64,000 bases of DNA from Naegleria gruberi (lineage: Eukaryota): NCBI GenBank assembly GCA_000004985.1, contig GG738847.1. The stretch is one strand, 5' to 3'. Position 1 is the stretch's first letter. Every line of letters begins with the position of its first letter. A program made the translations under genes and the position numbers. The notes beneath the pieces are model-generated. The model made no database searches and had not been told where the DNA came from. It saw nothing but the letters and a program-made list of their open reading frames with translations. Shown in pieces: positions 20,599 through 31,952 of this stretch.

Positions 20599-23500
20599 AT
20601 GAGCATACAACCCAGCCAAAATGTTACACTAGAAGAGAAGGTCCACGAGAGGGTTGTGCAGCACGTGCATCTTCCTAAACGTATTTCTCAAATTAAATTT
20701 AGTGTTTTTACTCCGGAAGATATTAGAAGAATGTCTACTGTACAAATTTATAATCAACATTATTATACACCTGATAAGAGAGGTTTTCCTCATGGTCCTC
20801 TTGATCCTAGGTTAGGTACCGGAACAAAAAAGGATATTTGTGAGACTTGTGGATTAGGTGTTGCTGATTGTATTGGACACTATGGATATGTAAAGTTAGA
20901 ATTACCTGTTTTTCATATTGGTTTTATTTCTAATGTTGTGGAAGTTTTACAAAGAATTTGCAAGGATTGTTCTCGTGTTTTACTATCAGACTCTGAAATT
21001 CAATCATTCAGAAACAAATTCAAGAGGCCGATGGACAACCAACAAAAGAAAGCTTTATATAAGAAAGTTGGTGAATTATGTAAAAAATGTTCTCAATGTC
21101 CTCATTGTGGATCATTGAATGGAAAAGTAACCAAATTGAATGCAATTAAAATAGTACACGAAAAGTACAAAGTTGCCTCAACAAGAAAAGGAAAGGATGA
21201 CATTGATCAACAATCAAGAGAATTCCAAAGTGAATTTGGATTGGCTGTTCAATTAAACCCTGAAATCGAGCCATTTTTAGGAGAGGCACAGGATGACATT
21301 AATCCAATTAGATGTCTTAGATTATTTAAAAATATTTCTGATACAGATGTGGAAGTTTTGAACATGAATCCTAAGGTTGTAAGGCCTGAAAACTTTATTC
21401 TTACACACATTCTTGTTCCACCACTTGTTATTAGACCAACTGTTAATACTGACGGTGGTACTAATGAAGACGATCTGACAGCACAAATGAAGAAGATTAT
21501 TGAAACAAATATTATTTTGAGAGAAAGTGTTGAACAAGGTGCAATTGTTCAAAATTTTATGGAAAAATGGGATACTTTGCAACTTGAAACAGCACTTTAT
21601 ATTAACAGTGATACAAGAAATATTCCATCATTTGTAACAAAGAAGAAGGTTAGTAAGACTCTCTGCCAAAGACTTAAGGGTAAGCATGGTAGATTCAGAG
21701 GTAATTTGAGTGGTAAAAGAGCCAACTTTACTGGTCGTACTGTCATTTCACCTGATCCAAACTTGGAAATTAATCAAGTTGCCATTCCAGAGTTGGTTGC
21801 TAAGGTACTTACTTATCCTGAAGTTGTGAACAGAACAAATAAGAAATTATTACAGTCATTAATTTTGAACGGCCCAGAGGTTCACCCTGGTGCAAACTTT
21901 GTTATTAAGAGTGATGGTATTAGAAAGAACCTTGCTTTTGCCAAAGATAAGATGGAAGTTGCTAAAAATTTAAAGTTTGGTGATATTGTCGAACGTCACG
22001 TAATGAATGGAGACTATGCTCTTTTCAACAGACAACCTTCATTGCACAGACTCAGTATTATGTGTCACCGTGTTAAGGTTTTACCTTACAGAACATTCAG
22101 ATTTAACGTTTGCGACTGTGCTCCATATAACGCTGACTTTGATGGTGATGAAATGAACGTTCACATTCCACAAACAGAAGAAGCAAAGGCTGAAGCTGGT
22201 ATGCTTATGGATATTCTTAAAAATCTTATTACTCCAAAGAACGGTGACCCAGTCATTTCTTGTAACCAAGACTTTTTGACTGCTGCCTGGAAAATGACAA
22301 GAAAAAATACTTTCTTTGATAGAGCAGAATTTTGTATGCTTTGTTCTTATATGGGTATTGAGGATAAGAAGATTGATCTTCCTCCTCCAACTATTTTGAA
22401 ACCAATTGAGTTATGGACAGGAAAACAACTTTTCTCACTTTTAGTTAAACCAAACAATAATACTAATGTATTTGTCAACTTTGAAACAAAGGCTAAAAAC
22501 TACCTTAAAGATGAAACAATGTGTCCTAATGATGGTTATGTTTGCTTTAGAAACAGTTATTTGATTTGTGGTAACTTGGATAAGAAAATTCTTGGTGACG
22601 GCAGTAAGAGTTCATTGTTTTATGTTTTAATTAGAACTGTAGGTCCTGCTTATGCTGCAGCTTGTATGGCCAGAGTAGCTAGAGTTGCATCTAGATGGTT
22701 GATGAATTATGGTTTCTCAATTGGTATTGACGATGTCATGCCATCTGCACAACTTACAGAAAAGAAGAAGATGATTTTATCTGAAGGTTATGCTGTTTGT
22801 GACGAATATATCAAACTCTATAAGGATGGTAAATTAGAACCTCAACCAGGTTGCAATATGGAACAAACTCTTGAAGCAAAACTTAACAGAGAACTTTCAG
22901 AAATCAGAGGTAGAGCTGGTAGTATGTGTTTGGATGAGTTGCATTGGCTTAATGCTCCACTTACCATGTCTGTCTGCGGTTCTAAGGGTTCCGTTATTAA
23001 CATTTCACAAATGATTGCTTGTGTAGGTCAGCAAACTGTCGGTGGTACTCGTATTGCTAACGGTTTTATGAACAGAACACTTCCTCACTTCCCAATGTTT
23101 GCCAGAGATCCAGCTGCTAAGGGATTCGTTTCAAACAGTTTCTTTACTGGTCTTACTCCAACTGAATTCTTCTTCCACACTATGGGTGGTAGAGAAGGTA
23201 TCGTCGATACAGCTGTCAAGACAGCCGAAACTGGTTATATGCAAAGAAGATTGATGAAGGCTTTAGAAGATTTGTTTGTTGCATATGATGGTTCTGTAAG
23301 ATCAGCTGACAATACTGTTATTCAATTCAAATATGGTGACGACGGAATGGACCCTCATAGAATGGAAAGTGAAGAGAGTGGTAGACCTCTCAATTTCACA
23401 TTTGTTATGATGCATGAGAAGAATATAAATCTTCCAACCAAGGATGAAAAAGCTCTTACACCTGATGAAATTAGACAAAAGCTTGATTCCTTCCTCAAAG

Positions 23501-24879
23501 AAAAGGAATCTAATATATTTTCTGATAAGTTCATTGATGAATTGAGTACCTTCACAAACAATTATATTTTCAAGTTGGAAAATTTATTGAAGGGTGTTGC
23601 AGCAGCCAATAGTATTAGAGATGAAAATGAAAATAATGCATGGGAAAAGGTTGTTCACTATATTGAAAAGATTACAGATAGACAACTTACTTCATTCTTC
23701 CGTGCTTGTAGAAGCAAGTATTTCCGAGCTCTTGCTGAACCTGGTGAACCTGTAGGCGGTATTGCTGGCCAATCTATTGGTGAACCAACCACACAAATGA
23801 CATTGAAAACTTTCCACTTTGCTGGTGTTGCCAGTATGAACGTTACTTTGGGTGTTCCTCGTATTAAGGAAATTATCGATGCTACCAAGAATATCAGTAC
23901 TCCTATTATTACTGCTTACTTGGATACTCCACTTACAGCAACTAAGAAACAAAAAGAAATGGCTGCTCGTGTTGTTAAGGGTAGAATTGAAAAGACCACT
24001 CTTGGTCAAGTTGTCAACTACATTCGTGAAGTTTACAATTTGGGAATTTGCTACATTGAGATTGATTTGGATGTGAAACAAATTTCTGCACTTCAACTTG
24101 ATATTACACCTGAAACTGTCAAGAATAGTATATTGTACTCTCCTTTAATGAAATTTGAAAAGGGTAAAGAAAAATCAAAGGATAAGACCAAACTTTCTGA
24201 TGAACCAAATCTCGTACAGATTCAAAAGGGTAAAGTAAGAGTTTATCCACCATCTGTAGATAGAGATCGCATGTACTTCAATATTCAAAAATTGAAGAGA
24301 TACTTACCTGAAGTTATTGTTGCTGGTATTCCAACTACCAACAGAGCTGTCATTAACGAAGAAAAAGGAAATGTTTATCTTTTGGTTGAAGGTACTGACT
24401 TGTTGGCTGTTATGGGCACCCCAGGTGTTCTAGCCAAGACAACCAAGACCAACAATATTATTGAAATTTCACAAACTCTAGGAATTGAATCAGCAAGACA
24501 ACTTATCATGGATGAAATCAAGTACACAACTGGTAGTTATGGTATGAATATCGATACCAGACACATTAAGCTCTTGGCTGACATTATGACATTTAAGGGT
24601 GATATTTTCGGTATTCAAAGACACGGTATCATTAAGATCAGAGACAGTGTATTGAAGATGGCCTCTTTCGAACAAACTACAGACCATCTCTTTGAAGCTG
24701 CTTCTCATACTCGTGTTGATGATGTCAATGGTGTTTCTGAATGTATTATCATGGGTGTTCCAATTCCAATTGGTACAGGTTTATTCAGATTATTACAAGA
24801 TGCTCATGTTGATAAGAAACGTTCATTACCAATCAATAGAAAGAAGCCTATTTTTTCAACTAAATCATTACTTTCATAA
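20599..24879 (+). CDS. RPC1: DNA-directed RNA polymerase III largest subunit (RPC1/C160), 1426 aa in a single exon.
   Basis: Universal YNADFDGDEMN metal-binding motif, clamp, zinc ribbon CETCG…C…HCG, trigger loop and bridge helix. No heptad CTD and a size of ~1400 aa favour Pol III over Pol II or Pol I. Confidence 0.85.
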   Translation: MSIQPSQNVTLEEKVHERVVQHVHLPKRISQIKFSVFTPEDIRRMSTVQIYNQHYYTPDKRGFPHGPLDPRLGTGTKKDICETCGLGVADCIGHYGYVKLELPVFHIGFISNVVEVLQRICKDCSRVLLSDSEIQSFRNKFKRPMDNQQKKALYKKVGELCKKCSQCPHCGSLNGKVTKLNAIKIVHEKYKVASTRKGKDDIDQQSREFQSEFGLAVQLNPEIEPFLGEAQDDINPIRCLRLFKNISDTDVEVLNMNPKVVRPENFILTHILVPPLVIRPTVNTDGGTNEDDLTAQMKKIIETNIILRESVEQGAIVQNFMEKWDTLQLETALYINSDTRNIPSFVTKKKVSKTLCQRLKGKHGRFRGNLSGKRANFTGRTVISPDPNLEINQVAIPELVAKVLTYPEVVNRTNKKLLQSLILNGPEVHPGANFVIKSDGIRKNLAFAKDKMEVAKNLKFGDIVERHVMNGDYALFNRQPSLHRLSIMCHRVKVLPYRTFRFNVCDCAPYNADFDGDEMNVHIPQTEEAKAEAGMLMDILKNLITPKNGDPVISCNQDFLTAAWKMTRKNTFFDRAEFCMLCSYMGIEDKKIDLPPPTILKPIELWTGKQLFSLLVKPNNNTNVFVNFETKAKNYLKDETMCPNDGYVCFRNSYLICGNLDKKILGDGSKSSLFYVLIRTVGPAYAAACMARVARVASRWLMNYGFSIGIDDVMPSAQLTEKKKMILSEGYAVCDEYIKLYKDGKLEPQPGCNMEQTLEAKLNRELSEIRGRAGSMCLDELHWLNAPLTMSVCGSKGSVINISQMIACVGQQTVGGTRIANGFMNRTLPHFPMFARDPAAKGFVSNSFFTGLTPTEFFFHTMGGREGIVDTAVKTAETGYMQRRLMKALEDLFVAYDGSVRSADNTVIQFKYGDDGMDPHRMESEESGRPLNFTFVMMHEKNINLPTKDEKALTPDEIRQKLDSFLKEKESNIFSDKFIDELSTFTNNYIFKLENLLKGVAAANSIRDENENNAWEKVVHYIEKITDRQLTSFFRACRSKYFRALAEPGEPVGGIAGQSIGEPTTQMTLKTFHFAGVASMNVTLGVPRIKEIIDATKNISTPIITAYLDTPLTATKKQKEMAARVVKGRIEKTTLGQVVNYIREVYNLGICYIEIDLDVKQISALQLDITPETVKNSILYSPLMKFEKGKEKSKDKTKLSDEPNLVQIQKGKVRVYPPSVDRDRMYFNIQKLKRYLPEVIVAGIPTTNRAVINEEKGNVYLLVEGTDLLAVMGTPGVLAKTTKTNNIIEISQTLGIESARQLIMDEIKYTTGSYGMNIDTRHIKLLADIMTFKGDIFGIQRHGIIKIRDSVLKMASFEQTTDHLFEAASHTRVDDVNGVSECIIMGVPIPIGTGLFRLLQDAHVDKKRSLPINRKKPIFSTKSLLS

Positions 24880-24933
24880 TTTATTAAAGATTAAATAATT
24901 TTTAAATAATGTTAATTTTTTTTAATAAATAAA

Positions 24934-25233
24934 ATGCAAACAAGTGATCAGCAAGAAACAACACCATCATCGGAGGAGCAATCAAACATTGCCGATCAAA
25001 ACACTTCTGATAATAATAATACCACAACAACAACAACAACAACAAATACAAGCACTTCGGAAGATGTACAACAAGCCAATCAAGAATTATCAAAAGAATT
25101 AAAGTTGGCAATTTCCGAATTGTCCTTTGGATTTCAATCGATATTTAAACCAGAATTTGATTCTATTTGTTCCCATTTACAAGAGTTGAGGTTGGTTTTT
25201 AAAATTAATGGTGATGAATTTAAAACAATTTAA
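24934..25233 (+). CDS. Hypothetical small protein (99 aa) with poly-Thr/Asn-rich N-terminus and a helical C-terminus. A short downstream 2-exon ORF (MQEIEQV|LSLMPQYINKLHHLKSEMNAVQEKTTKIKVRSDKLLK) may be the same gene or a neighbour.
   Basis: ORF track. The (ACA)n tract is at ~25020-25045. A GTAAGT…TGTTAG junction lies at ~25351/25398 downstream. Confidence 0.25.
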   Translation: MQTSDQQETTPSSEEQSNIADQNTSDNNNTTTTTTTTNTSTSEDVQQANQELSKELKLAISELSFGFQSIFKPEFDSICSHLQELRLVFKINGDEFKTI

Positions 25234-25520
25234 TAATTGGAATGTCAAAGACAATCACAACAAATAATACACGATATTGTCAAGGAAAGAAATCAGGATC
25301 TTTCTTCAGTTCCTCACATGCAAGAAATTGAACAAGTTGTAAGTAATTATCAGGAATTGGGATTGTATTAATTTTTTGATGTTAGTTATCACTCATGCCA
25401 CAATATATCAACAAATTACATCATTTGAAGAGTGAAATGAATGCTGTGCAAGAAAAGACAACCAAGATAAAAGTTAGATCAGATAAATTATTGAAATAAA
25501 GTCAATATTGAGTGACTAAT

Positions 25521-27896
25521 TTATTTATTTAATTGATCTCTGATCCAATTTAAAGCAGAACCAGCTCTGAACCATTCAATTTGAGCATTATTCATTGTGT
25601 GTTGAAGTGGAATTTGAATTTCTGGCTTTCCTTTTACAGTTAAAGTGAGTGGAGAATTTGGCTTTAAGTTTTCAACACCAATAACTGAAATTAAATCAGT
25701 TTCTGGATTAATCAAATCATAATCATTTGGATTGACAAAAGTTAATGGCAAAATACCTTGCTTTTTAAGATTAGTTTCATGGATACGAGCGAAACTTCTT
25801 GTAATGACAGCAACACATCCCAAGAAACGTGGTTGTAAGGCAGCATGTTCACGAGCACTTCCTTCACCATAGTTTGAATCACCAATAGCAATCCATGATT
25901 TCTTATATTCTCTTTGATAACTCTTGGCAACTTCTGGAACTGTATCTTCCTTTCCATTGAAAACATTCTTAACCTTATTAATCTTTCCATTCATGGCATT
26001 AACAGCACCAATTAGAGTACAATTACTGATATTTTCCAAGTGACCCTTATAATTAAGCCATTTACCTGCTGGTGAGATGTGATCAGTTGTACATTTACCT
26101 GCAACCTTAATTAAAACAGGAAGTTCAATAAAGTCCTTTCCATCCCATGCATTCCAAGGTTCCAAAATTTGTAAACGATTACTCTTTGGATCAACGTTAA
26201 CATCAATCTTTTTTGCTTGTTCAATATTAGTGAGAGGTTCCAAATATCCACCATCAACCTTTTCATAACCCTTAGCTGGCAATTCATCACTTTGTGGAGG
26301 TTGGAATTTGAATTCCTTTCCATCTGATCCAACCAAAGAATCAGTAATTGGATTAAAATCAATTCTACCAGCAAATGCCATAGCCATTACAAGCATTGGT
26401 GATGTTAAAAAGTGACTAGTCAGTAAATTACCATCATTTCTTCCACTAAAGTTTCTATTAAATGATGAAACAATTGAATTCTTTTCACCTTGCTTATCAG
26501 TTCTATTCCATTGTCCAATACATGGTCCACAAGCATTGGCCAAAACCTTTCCTCCAACTTGTTCAAAAATATCTAACAAACCATCTCTCTTCATGGTTGC
26601 AAAGATTTGTTCTGAACCAGGTGAAATGAATAAATCAGATTTACATTTCAATCCATGTGCAATTGCTTGTTTAGCAATAGATGCAGCACATGTATAATCT
26701 TGATAACTTGAATTTGTACAAGAACCAATCAATGCAGCACTCAATTCAGGTGCCCAATCATTTTCCTTAATACTCTTAGAAAATTCAGAAATTGCATGAC
26801 TTCTGTCAGGTGTTGCTGGACCATTAAGCATTGGTTGCAATTCATTCAAATTAATTTCAATAATTTCATCATACTTTGCACCTTCATCAGCTTTCAAAAC
26901 TTGAGCATAACGATCAGCGTTTTCAGCAATTTTACCACGATTAGTGGCACGTAAATATCTTGACATGGCTTGAGTGTAAGGGAAAATACTGCAAGTTGCA
27001 CCAACTTCAGCACCCATATTACAAATAGTTGCCATACCAGTACAAGATAAAGATTCAACACCTTCTCCAAAATATTCAATAATATAACCAGTACCTCCCT
27101 TGACAGTTAATTTACCTGCCAATTTCAAAATGACATCTTTAGCACTTGCCCATTCATTCAATTTTCCAGTTAATTTAACACCCAAAATCTTTGGTCTTTT
27201 CAGTTCCCAAGGAATTCCACTCATAACATCAACTGCATCAGCACCACCAACACCAATTGCAACCATTCCCAAACCACCTCCATTTGGAGTGTGTGAATCA
27301 CAACCAATCATCATACCACCTGGGAATGCATAATTTTCCAATACAATTTGGTGAATAATGCCACTTCCTGGTTTCCAAAATCCAATTCCATATCTCTGAG
27401 AGGAAGATTCTAAAAAGTTAAAAACTTCACCACTTTCTTGGAATGCTTTTTCAACATCTCTTTTAGCAAGTGTTGGTTTATCACTTTTAATATCGAGAGA
27501 TCCCTCACCAACAATTAAATGGTCACAATGGACACTTGTAGGAACAGCTGTTTTATCCATTCCAGTAATCATAAATTGGAGAATTGCTGTTTGTGCTGAA
27601 GCATCTTGTAAAGCAACACGATCTGGTTTAAAATTCAAATAACTTTCCTTTACACTTTGCAGTGTTTCACTTTCATTGAAGAGGTGAGATTGAAGAATTT
27701 TCTGAGCATAGGTCAATTTATCTTTACCTGATTTCATTCTTTCATAAATTTTAGCTTGTTGTTGAGTTGTATATTCAATGTCACTTTGTGGTGGTAAACT
27801 GGTAAATTTACGACAAGTTTGACTTGTTACAAAACACTTGTTGACCTTTTTCAAATTTCCAACAAGTTTTCTACTATTAGTTTTGTTCATTAACAT
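25521..27896 (-). CDS. ACO: Mitochondrial aconitate hydratase (aconitase), ~791 aa from the ATG at 27894-27896.
   Basis: Full-length aconitase family match including the Fe-S ligands and substrate-binding region (…GGMMIGCDSHTPNGGGLG…, …ANACGPCIGQWNR…, swivel domain …GDSNYGEGSAREHAAL…). The N-terminal presequence is MLMNKTNSRKLVGNLKK…. Confidence 0.9.
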   Translation of the reverse strand: MLMNKTNSRKLVGNLKKVNKCFVTSQTCRKFTSLPPQSDIEYTTQQQAKIYERMKSGKDKLTYAQKILQSHLFNESETLQSVKESYLNFKPDRVALQDASAQTAILQFMITGMDKTAVPTSVHCDHLIVGEGSLDIKSDKPTLAKRDVEKAFQESGEVFNFLESSSQRYGIGFWKPGSGIIHQIVLENYAFPGGMMIGCDSHTPNGGGLGMVAIGVGGADAVDVMSGIPWELKRPKILGVKLTGKLNEWASAKDVILKLAGKLTVKGGTGYIIEYFGEGVESLSCTGMATICNMGAEVGATCSIFPYTQAMSRYLRATNRGKIAENADRYAQVLKADEGAKYDEIIEINLNELQPMLNGPATPDRSHAISEFSKSIKENDWAPELSAALIGSCTNSSYQDYTCAASIAKQAIAHGLKCKSDLFISPGSEQIFATMKRDGLLDIFEQVGGKVLANACGPCIGQWNRTDKQGEKNSIVSSFNRNFSGRNDGNLLTSHFLTSPMLVMAMAFAGRIDFNPITDSLVGSDGKEFKFQPPQSDELPAKGYEKVDGGYLEPLTNIEQAKKIDVNVDPKSNRLQILEPWNAWDGKDFIELPVLIKVAGKCTTDHISPAGKWLNYKGHLENISNCTLIGAVNAMNGKINKVKNVFNGKEDTVPEVAKSYQREYKKSWIAIGDSNYGEGSAREHAALQPRFLGCVAVITRSFARIHETNLKKQGILPLTFVNPNDYDLINPETDLISVIGVENLKPNSPLTLTVKGKPEIQIPLQHTMNNAQIEWFRAGSALNWIRDQLNK

Positions 27897-28155
27897 TTTT
27901 CTAATTTTACAAAGGTTATTATTTCCAGAGTTTTTAGTGAAACAAAAAAGAATCAATTATTGAATTGTTTAAAGTGTGGTGTGGAAGGAGTAACACAATT
28001 CGCTTATTTTTTTTCGTGTGCTAGTTACAAGTTTGTTGCTTGTTGTGAATCATCTGCTTCCGGAGAATTATAAAGCGAAATGAATATGGGAGATGTTACG
28101 AAAATGGAAAGAATGCTGATTTGAGGACAATTTTACAGTAGATTTGTTGTAAACT

Positions 28156-31100
28156 TTATTTACTTTGTGTGGCAGCAAATGTCTCATTGGACTTGACATT
28201 GTCTACTTTTGGTGTTGGAAGAGGTAATTTGATATTGTTTCTATGTAAAACGTATTGAATTAAATCCTTTCCTTCATCAATATCTTCATCAACAAGGAGG
28301 TCACTAACTGTTTGGACAATTTCATTCAATTTACCATTATTGACAGCAACTTGTAAAATGCAAGAGCATGCAGCAATAAATACCTTTGAATTGTACTTGT
28401 CAATCTTGGTGGCGAATTTATAAACCTTATCATCATTGAATTCCTTATCAAATGCTGCAATAGTTTCCAAGAGTCTCAACAACCAGACCAATACAGATTC
28501 GTCCATTGAACATTCGGTAACCTTTTCAATAATGGTATTAATCAAGTCTTCATATTCACCATTCAATGCCTTATTCTTGCTCAACAATTGAGACAAAACA
28601 AATGCGTACTTGGTAATGTTTTCGTCTTCTTCATCTTGAATGCTGTTATTCAATGAGTCAATAAGGGCATCTTCTTCAACATCACCATTATTAATGGTAT
28701 TAATAATAAGGTTTTCATTATAGTATGGGCTGGTGATGTTATCGCAAATGTCAGCTCCATTATTGTTAACTCCACCTCCAATGGACATGACATTATCCAA
28801 AATAAATAACTTGGCATCTTCACTATCATTTTCTACTGGAACTTCCATATCTTCAAGTGATTCCATCAAGTCATCTACTTGCAATTTTGGTACAGTTGGG
28901 TTCAATTCATAGAAATTGTGTTGAGAGCCAAACAATGATGCCAAATATGATACATGCTTAACATTGGCTTCAGTTTGTTTGTACAATCCCAAAATGGTTT
29001 TGATTGCATTAAAGTAATCAATCAGCTCTGGTTCAACATTCAAAATAATGTCAACAATAACCTTGCAACGTTGGGCATTAATCTTGGATGAAGAAAGCTT
29101 GCCTGGGTATTTCAATTCCAAATCTTCCTTTTCATCTTCACTATCTTCTTCGCTTTCATCTTCTTCATCAAAATCAACTTCATAATCAAATGACTTCTTG
29201 TTTGCCAGCAAGTTAATCAACAATAACATAATATGATTGGTATGTTTGAAAGTCTTGAATTGCATATTCTTTGACAATTCTCTCAATAACAACAAGCAGT
29301 TGGCTTGGATAACCTTACTTTCTCTGTTATCTTCGAGTAATAAACCCTTAGCAACAATTGTGAACAACTTCTTCAAAACATCACCACTTAAAGATGTTAA
29401 ATGAGCTGGGTGAGAAGCCAAGAACTTCAAGACCATACTTGAAGCAATTCTCTTATCTTCATCAACATCGTCGTTCAAAATTTCAGCAGAGAGAGATTTA
29501 CAAATGTTAACAATCTTTTCAGTATTAACAGATCCAATCATACTAGTTCTCAATGGCAAGGCATTGTACTTGATTTCATCATCTTGATCATAAGACAAGC
29601 ACAAAACACTTCCATACAAGCTGGTCATATCTACATTATAATTTTCGTTATTGTACCATAAATCAATTACTCTTGCAAGCTTGATACTAGAAATGACAAT
29701 GATCATTTCTTCTTCACCAATAATGGTGTTCAACAATTTGATGATGAGCTTCAATTGGTTCTTGATAATGAACTTATCAATTTCTTGGCTGTACTTGTTG
29801 ATATAAACCAAGTAGCTTGATAAAGCATTAATACAAGCACTTCTTGGATAATCAGAATTTGAGCCACATGACTTGTCGGTACAGTTCTTAATCAATACGT
29901 CAAAGATGATATTCATGAGTTCCAAATTAGTGATTGGTTCCAAAGACTTGGTCTTTGTGAATAAATCTTCCATTGCCTTGAAAACTGATTCCTTAACTTC
30001 ATAATTGTTGGTATGCTTAGATTCTTCCACAAGCACGTTAACAATATTGGCAGTTAAAACAGTAATCAAATCTTGAGTATCAGCCAATTTCATACATTCA
30101 ACTGCTCTACTCAATGAAAGCATAGCACCAGACTTGATTGGATAAGAAGCGTGGAAGGTATTCTTGTAGACCAAGGACAACAAGTTGTTCAATTGAGTAT
30201 TGTTGGCAGTAGTGGTAGAATTATAGAACTTGGTAATTAATTGAATAACGCTATAGTTACCAGCATCCAACAACAATGGATCGTCACTCTTTAACATGTG
30301 AATGATCATGTCTTGGACATATTGTAATTGATCCACAATATTGTACTTGATAGATTGTAACATGAAGAAATTGCAAATACTTTTGGCTGCAATAGCGTTA
30401 CCATTACTTCCAGCCTTATCTTGTTCCTTCTTCTTCATTTGTTGTTCCAAAACTGGGTACAATTGTTTAACAATTTCAACAATATTGATGGTGTGATTGG
30501 TGGCAGTAGAGTCATTGTTAAAGATTTGGGTGTTCAATGACATGGCTTCAAAAGCAAGACAAACACCGTGTCTTTGTTGCCATTGAATATTATCTTGATT
30601 CAAGGTTTGAATCAAGTCACTGATGACTGATTCAACAGAAATAGAGTCAACAACACCTCCAACTTGAATCAAAGTCATTAAGAATTTGATAAATAATTGA
30701 CCATTAGCTCTTCTTACATCAATATCTTGATCTTTGAAAGTAGTGAAAATAGATTCCGTATATCTATTCAACAATTGTGTTGATCCTAAAATAATTGGTG
30801 ATTCTAATGATTTAGTCAAACTTCTAACAGCATATCTTCTAACATAGGAAGAATAAGAACCGAATTGAGAATCAGTAGCATGATTGAACAAAATATCAGT
30901 CATGAAAGTAAATTGTTCGTGTGTAATGATAGAGCAATTTCTCAAAATATATCCTAAAGTATTCATCATACCTTCAACGGATTTGTATGGTTCCTCAGGT
31001 TGTTTCTTCTTTGGATTATTCAAAATATCCAAAATAAAGTCTTGCTTTAAAAAGTCAGCACCAATAACTTTAGATAAACCTCCTAATGATTGTGATGTAG

Positions 31101-31532
31101 CATCTCTGACTTCTCTCTTTGAATCAGTAATGTTTTCCAAAATTAAATTCAACAAATCCTCGTTTTCATTAATTAACAATTTAATCAATTCTTGTTTTTC
31201 GAAAATAAAGTAGAAATGTACAAGAGCAAAAGCAATTGATTGTTTGAAGGACCAATCATCAAAATGAGACAATAAATCCTTGAATAAATTAAAAACTTCT
31301 TGGGCGTTTTGCAAAAGTGATGAACCACTGTGGTTATATTCTCCCGATTTAATTTCATCAAAAACTCTATCAAGAGCATTGATTAAATTTTGTTTCTTTT
31401 CTCTGTTTGGCCTATAAATATAGTTATCAATATTTAGAGTGATTGAAGAAAAACTTACTTATCAGCCTTGGAAACTTCAATAGTTTCCCTGAGGTTATCA
31501 AGAAGTGGTCGCCAACAGTCGTGTGTAGCCAT
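28156..31532 (-). CDS. Large HEAT/ARM-repeat protein (~1075 aa), family unassigned. 2 exons: 31459-31532 (MATHDCWRPLLDNLRETIEVSKADK) and 28156-31411, with a 47-nt GTAAGT…TATAG intron.
   Basis: A 1052-aa ORF of all-helical HEAT-like repeats (e.g. …TDSKREVRDATSQSLGGLSKVIG…). The upstream exon begins with an ATG at 31530-31532 and joins in phase. Confidence 0.55.
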
Positions 31533-31952
31533 TTTTTCAATTCCGAAATTTGATGATTCCTCTCCCAATTATTCAATTTATTTATCTTTATTGAAAGAAT
31601 TCTTTGAGAAGGAATTCAACGATGCTACAAGTAAATTTTGTTTCTTTTCAAGCACACTGGGATGAAAAACATGAGATATTCACTCTCTGATTTATTCGGT
31701 AAATTATCATCAATATACTTATTATTTCCCTGAATAAAATAATAACCTAATAACCAACATCAGTGCTCTTTGATATCTCTGTTTGAATGTCTCCCGCCCT
31801 CACAAACTGTAAACAAAAAAGAAAAAAAATGAAATTGTTGATGATTGTATTTTAAAAAAGTCGAAGAGGAAAAACATCATTCAACATTAAATTTTCATCA
31901 TCAATTCAAATTTTTGTTTGTATTAATAATCAAGTATTATTGAGAGAGGAAA

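Noticed and set aside
28156-31314. Specific identity (e.g. tubulin-folding cofactor D, TTI1, ECM29) for the 1050-aa HEAT protein
   Set aside because: Only generic HEAT-repeat consensus similarity (D..VR..A…LG.L) was recognisable by eye. No family-specific motif could be placed with confidence.
31468-31665. Plus-strand 65-aa ORF (METSIVSLRLSRSG…)
   Set aside because: It overlaps, in antisense, the 5' exon and intron of the minus-strand HEAT-protein gene, whose ATG exon MATHDCWRPLLDNL… splices in phase to the main ORF.
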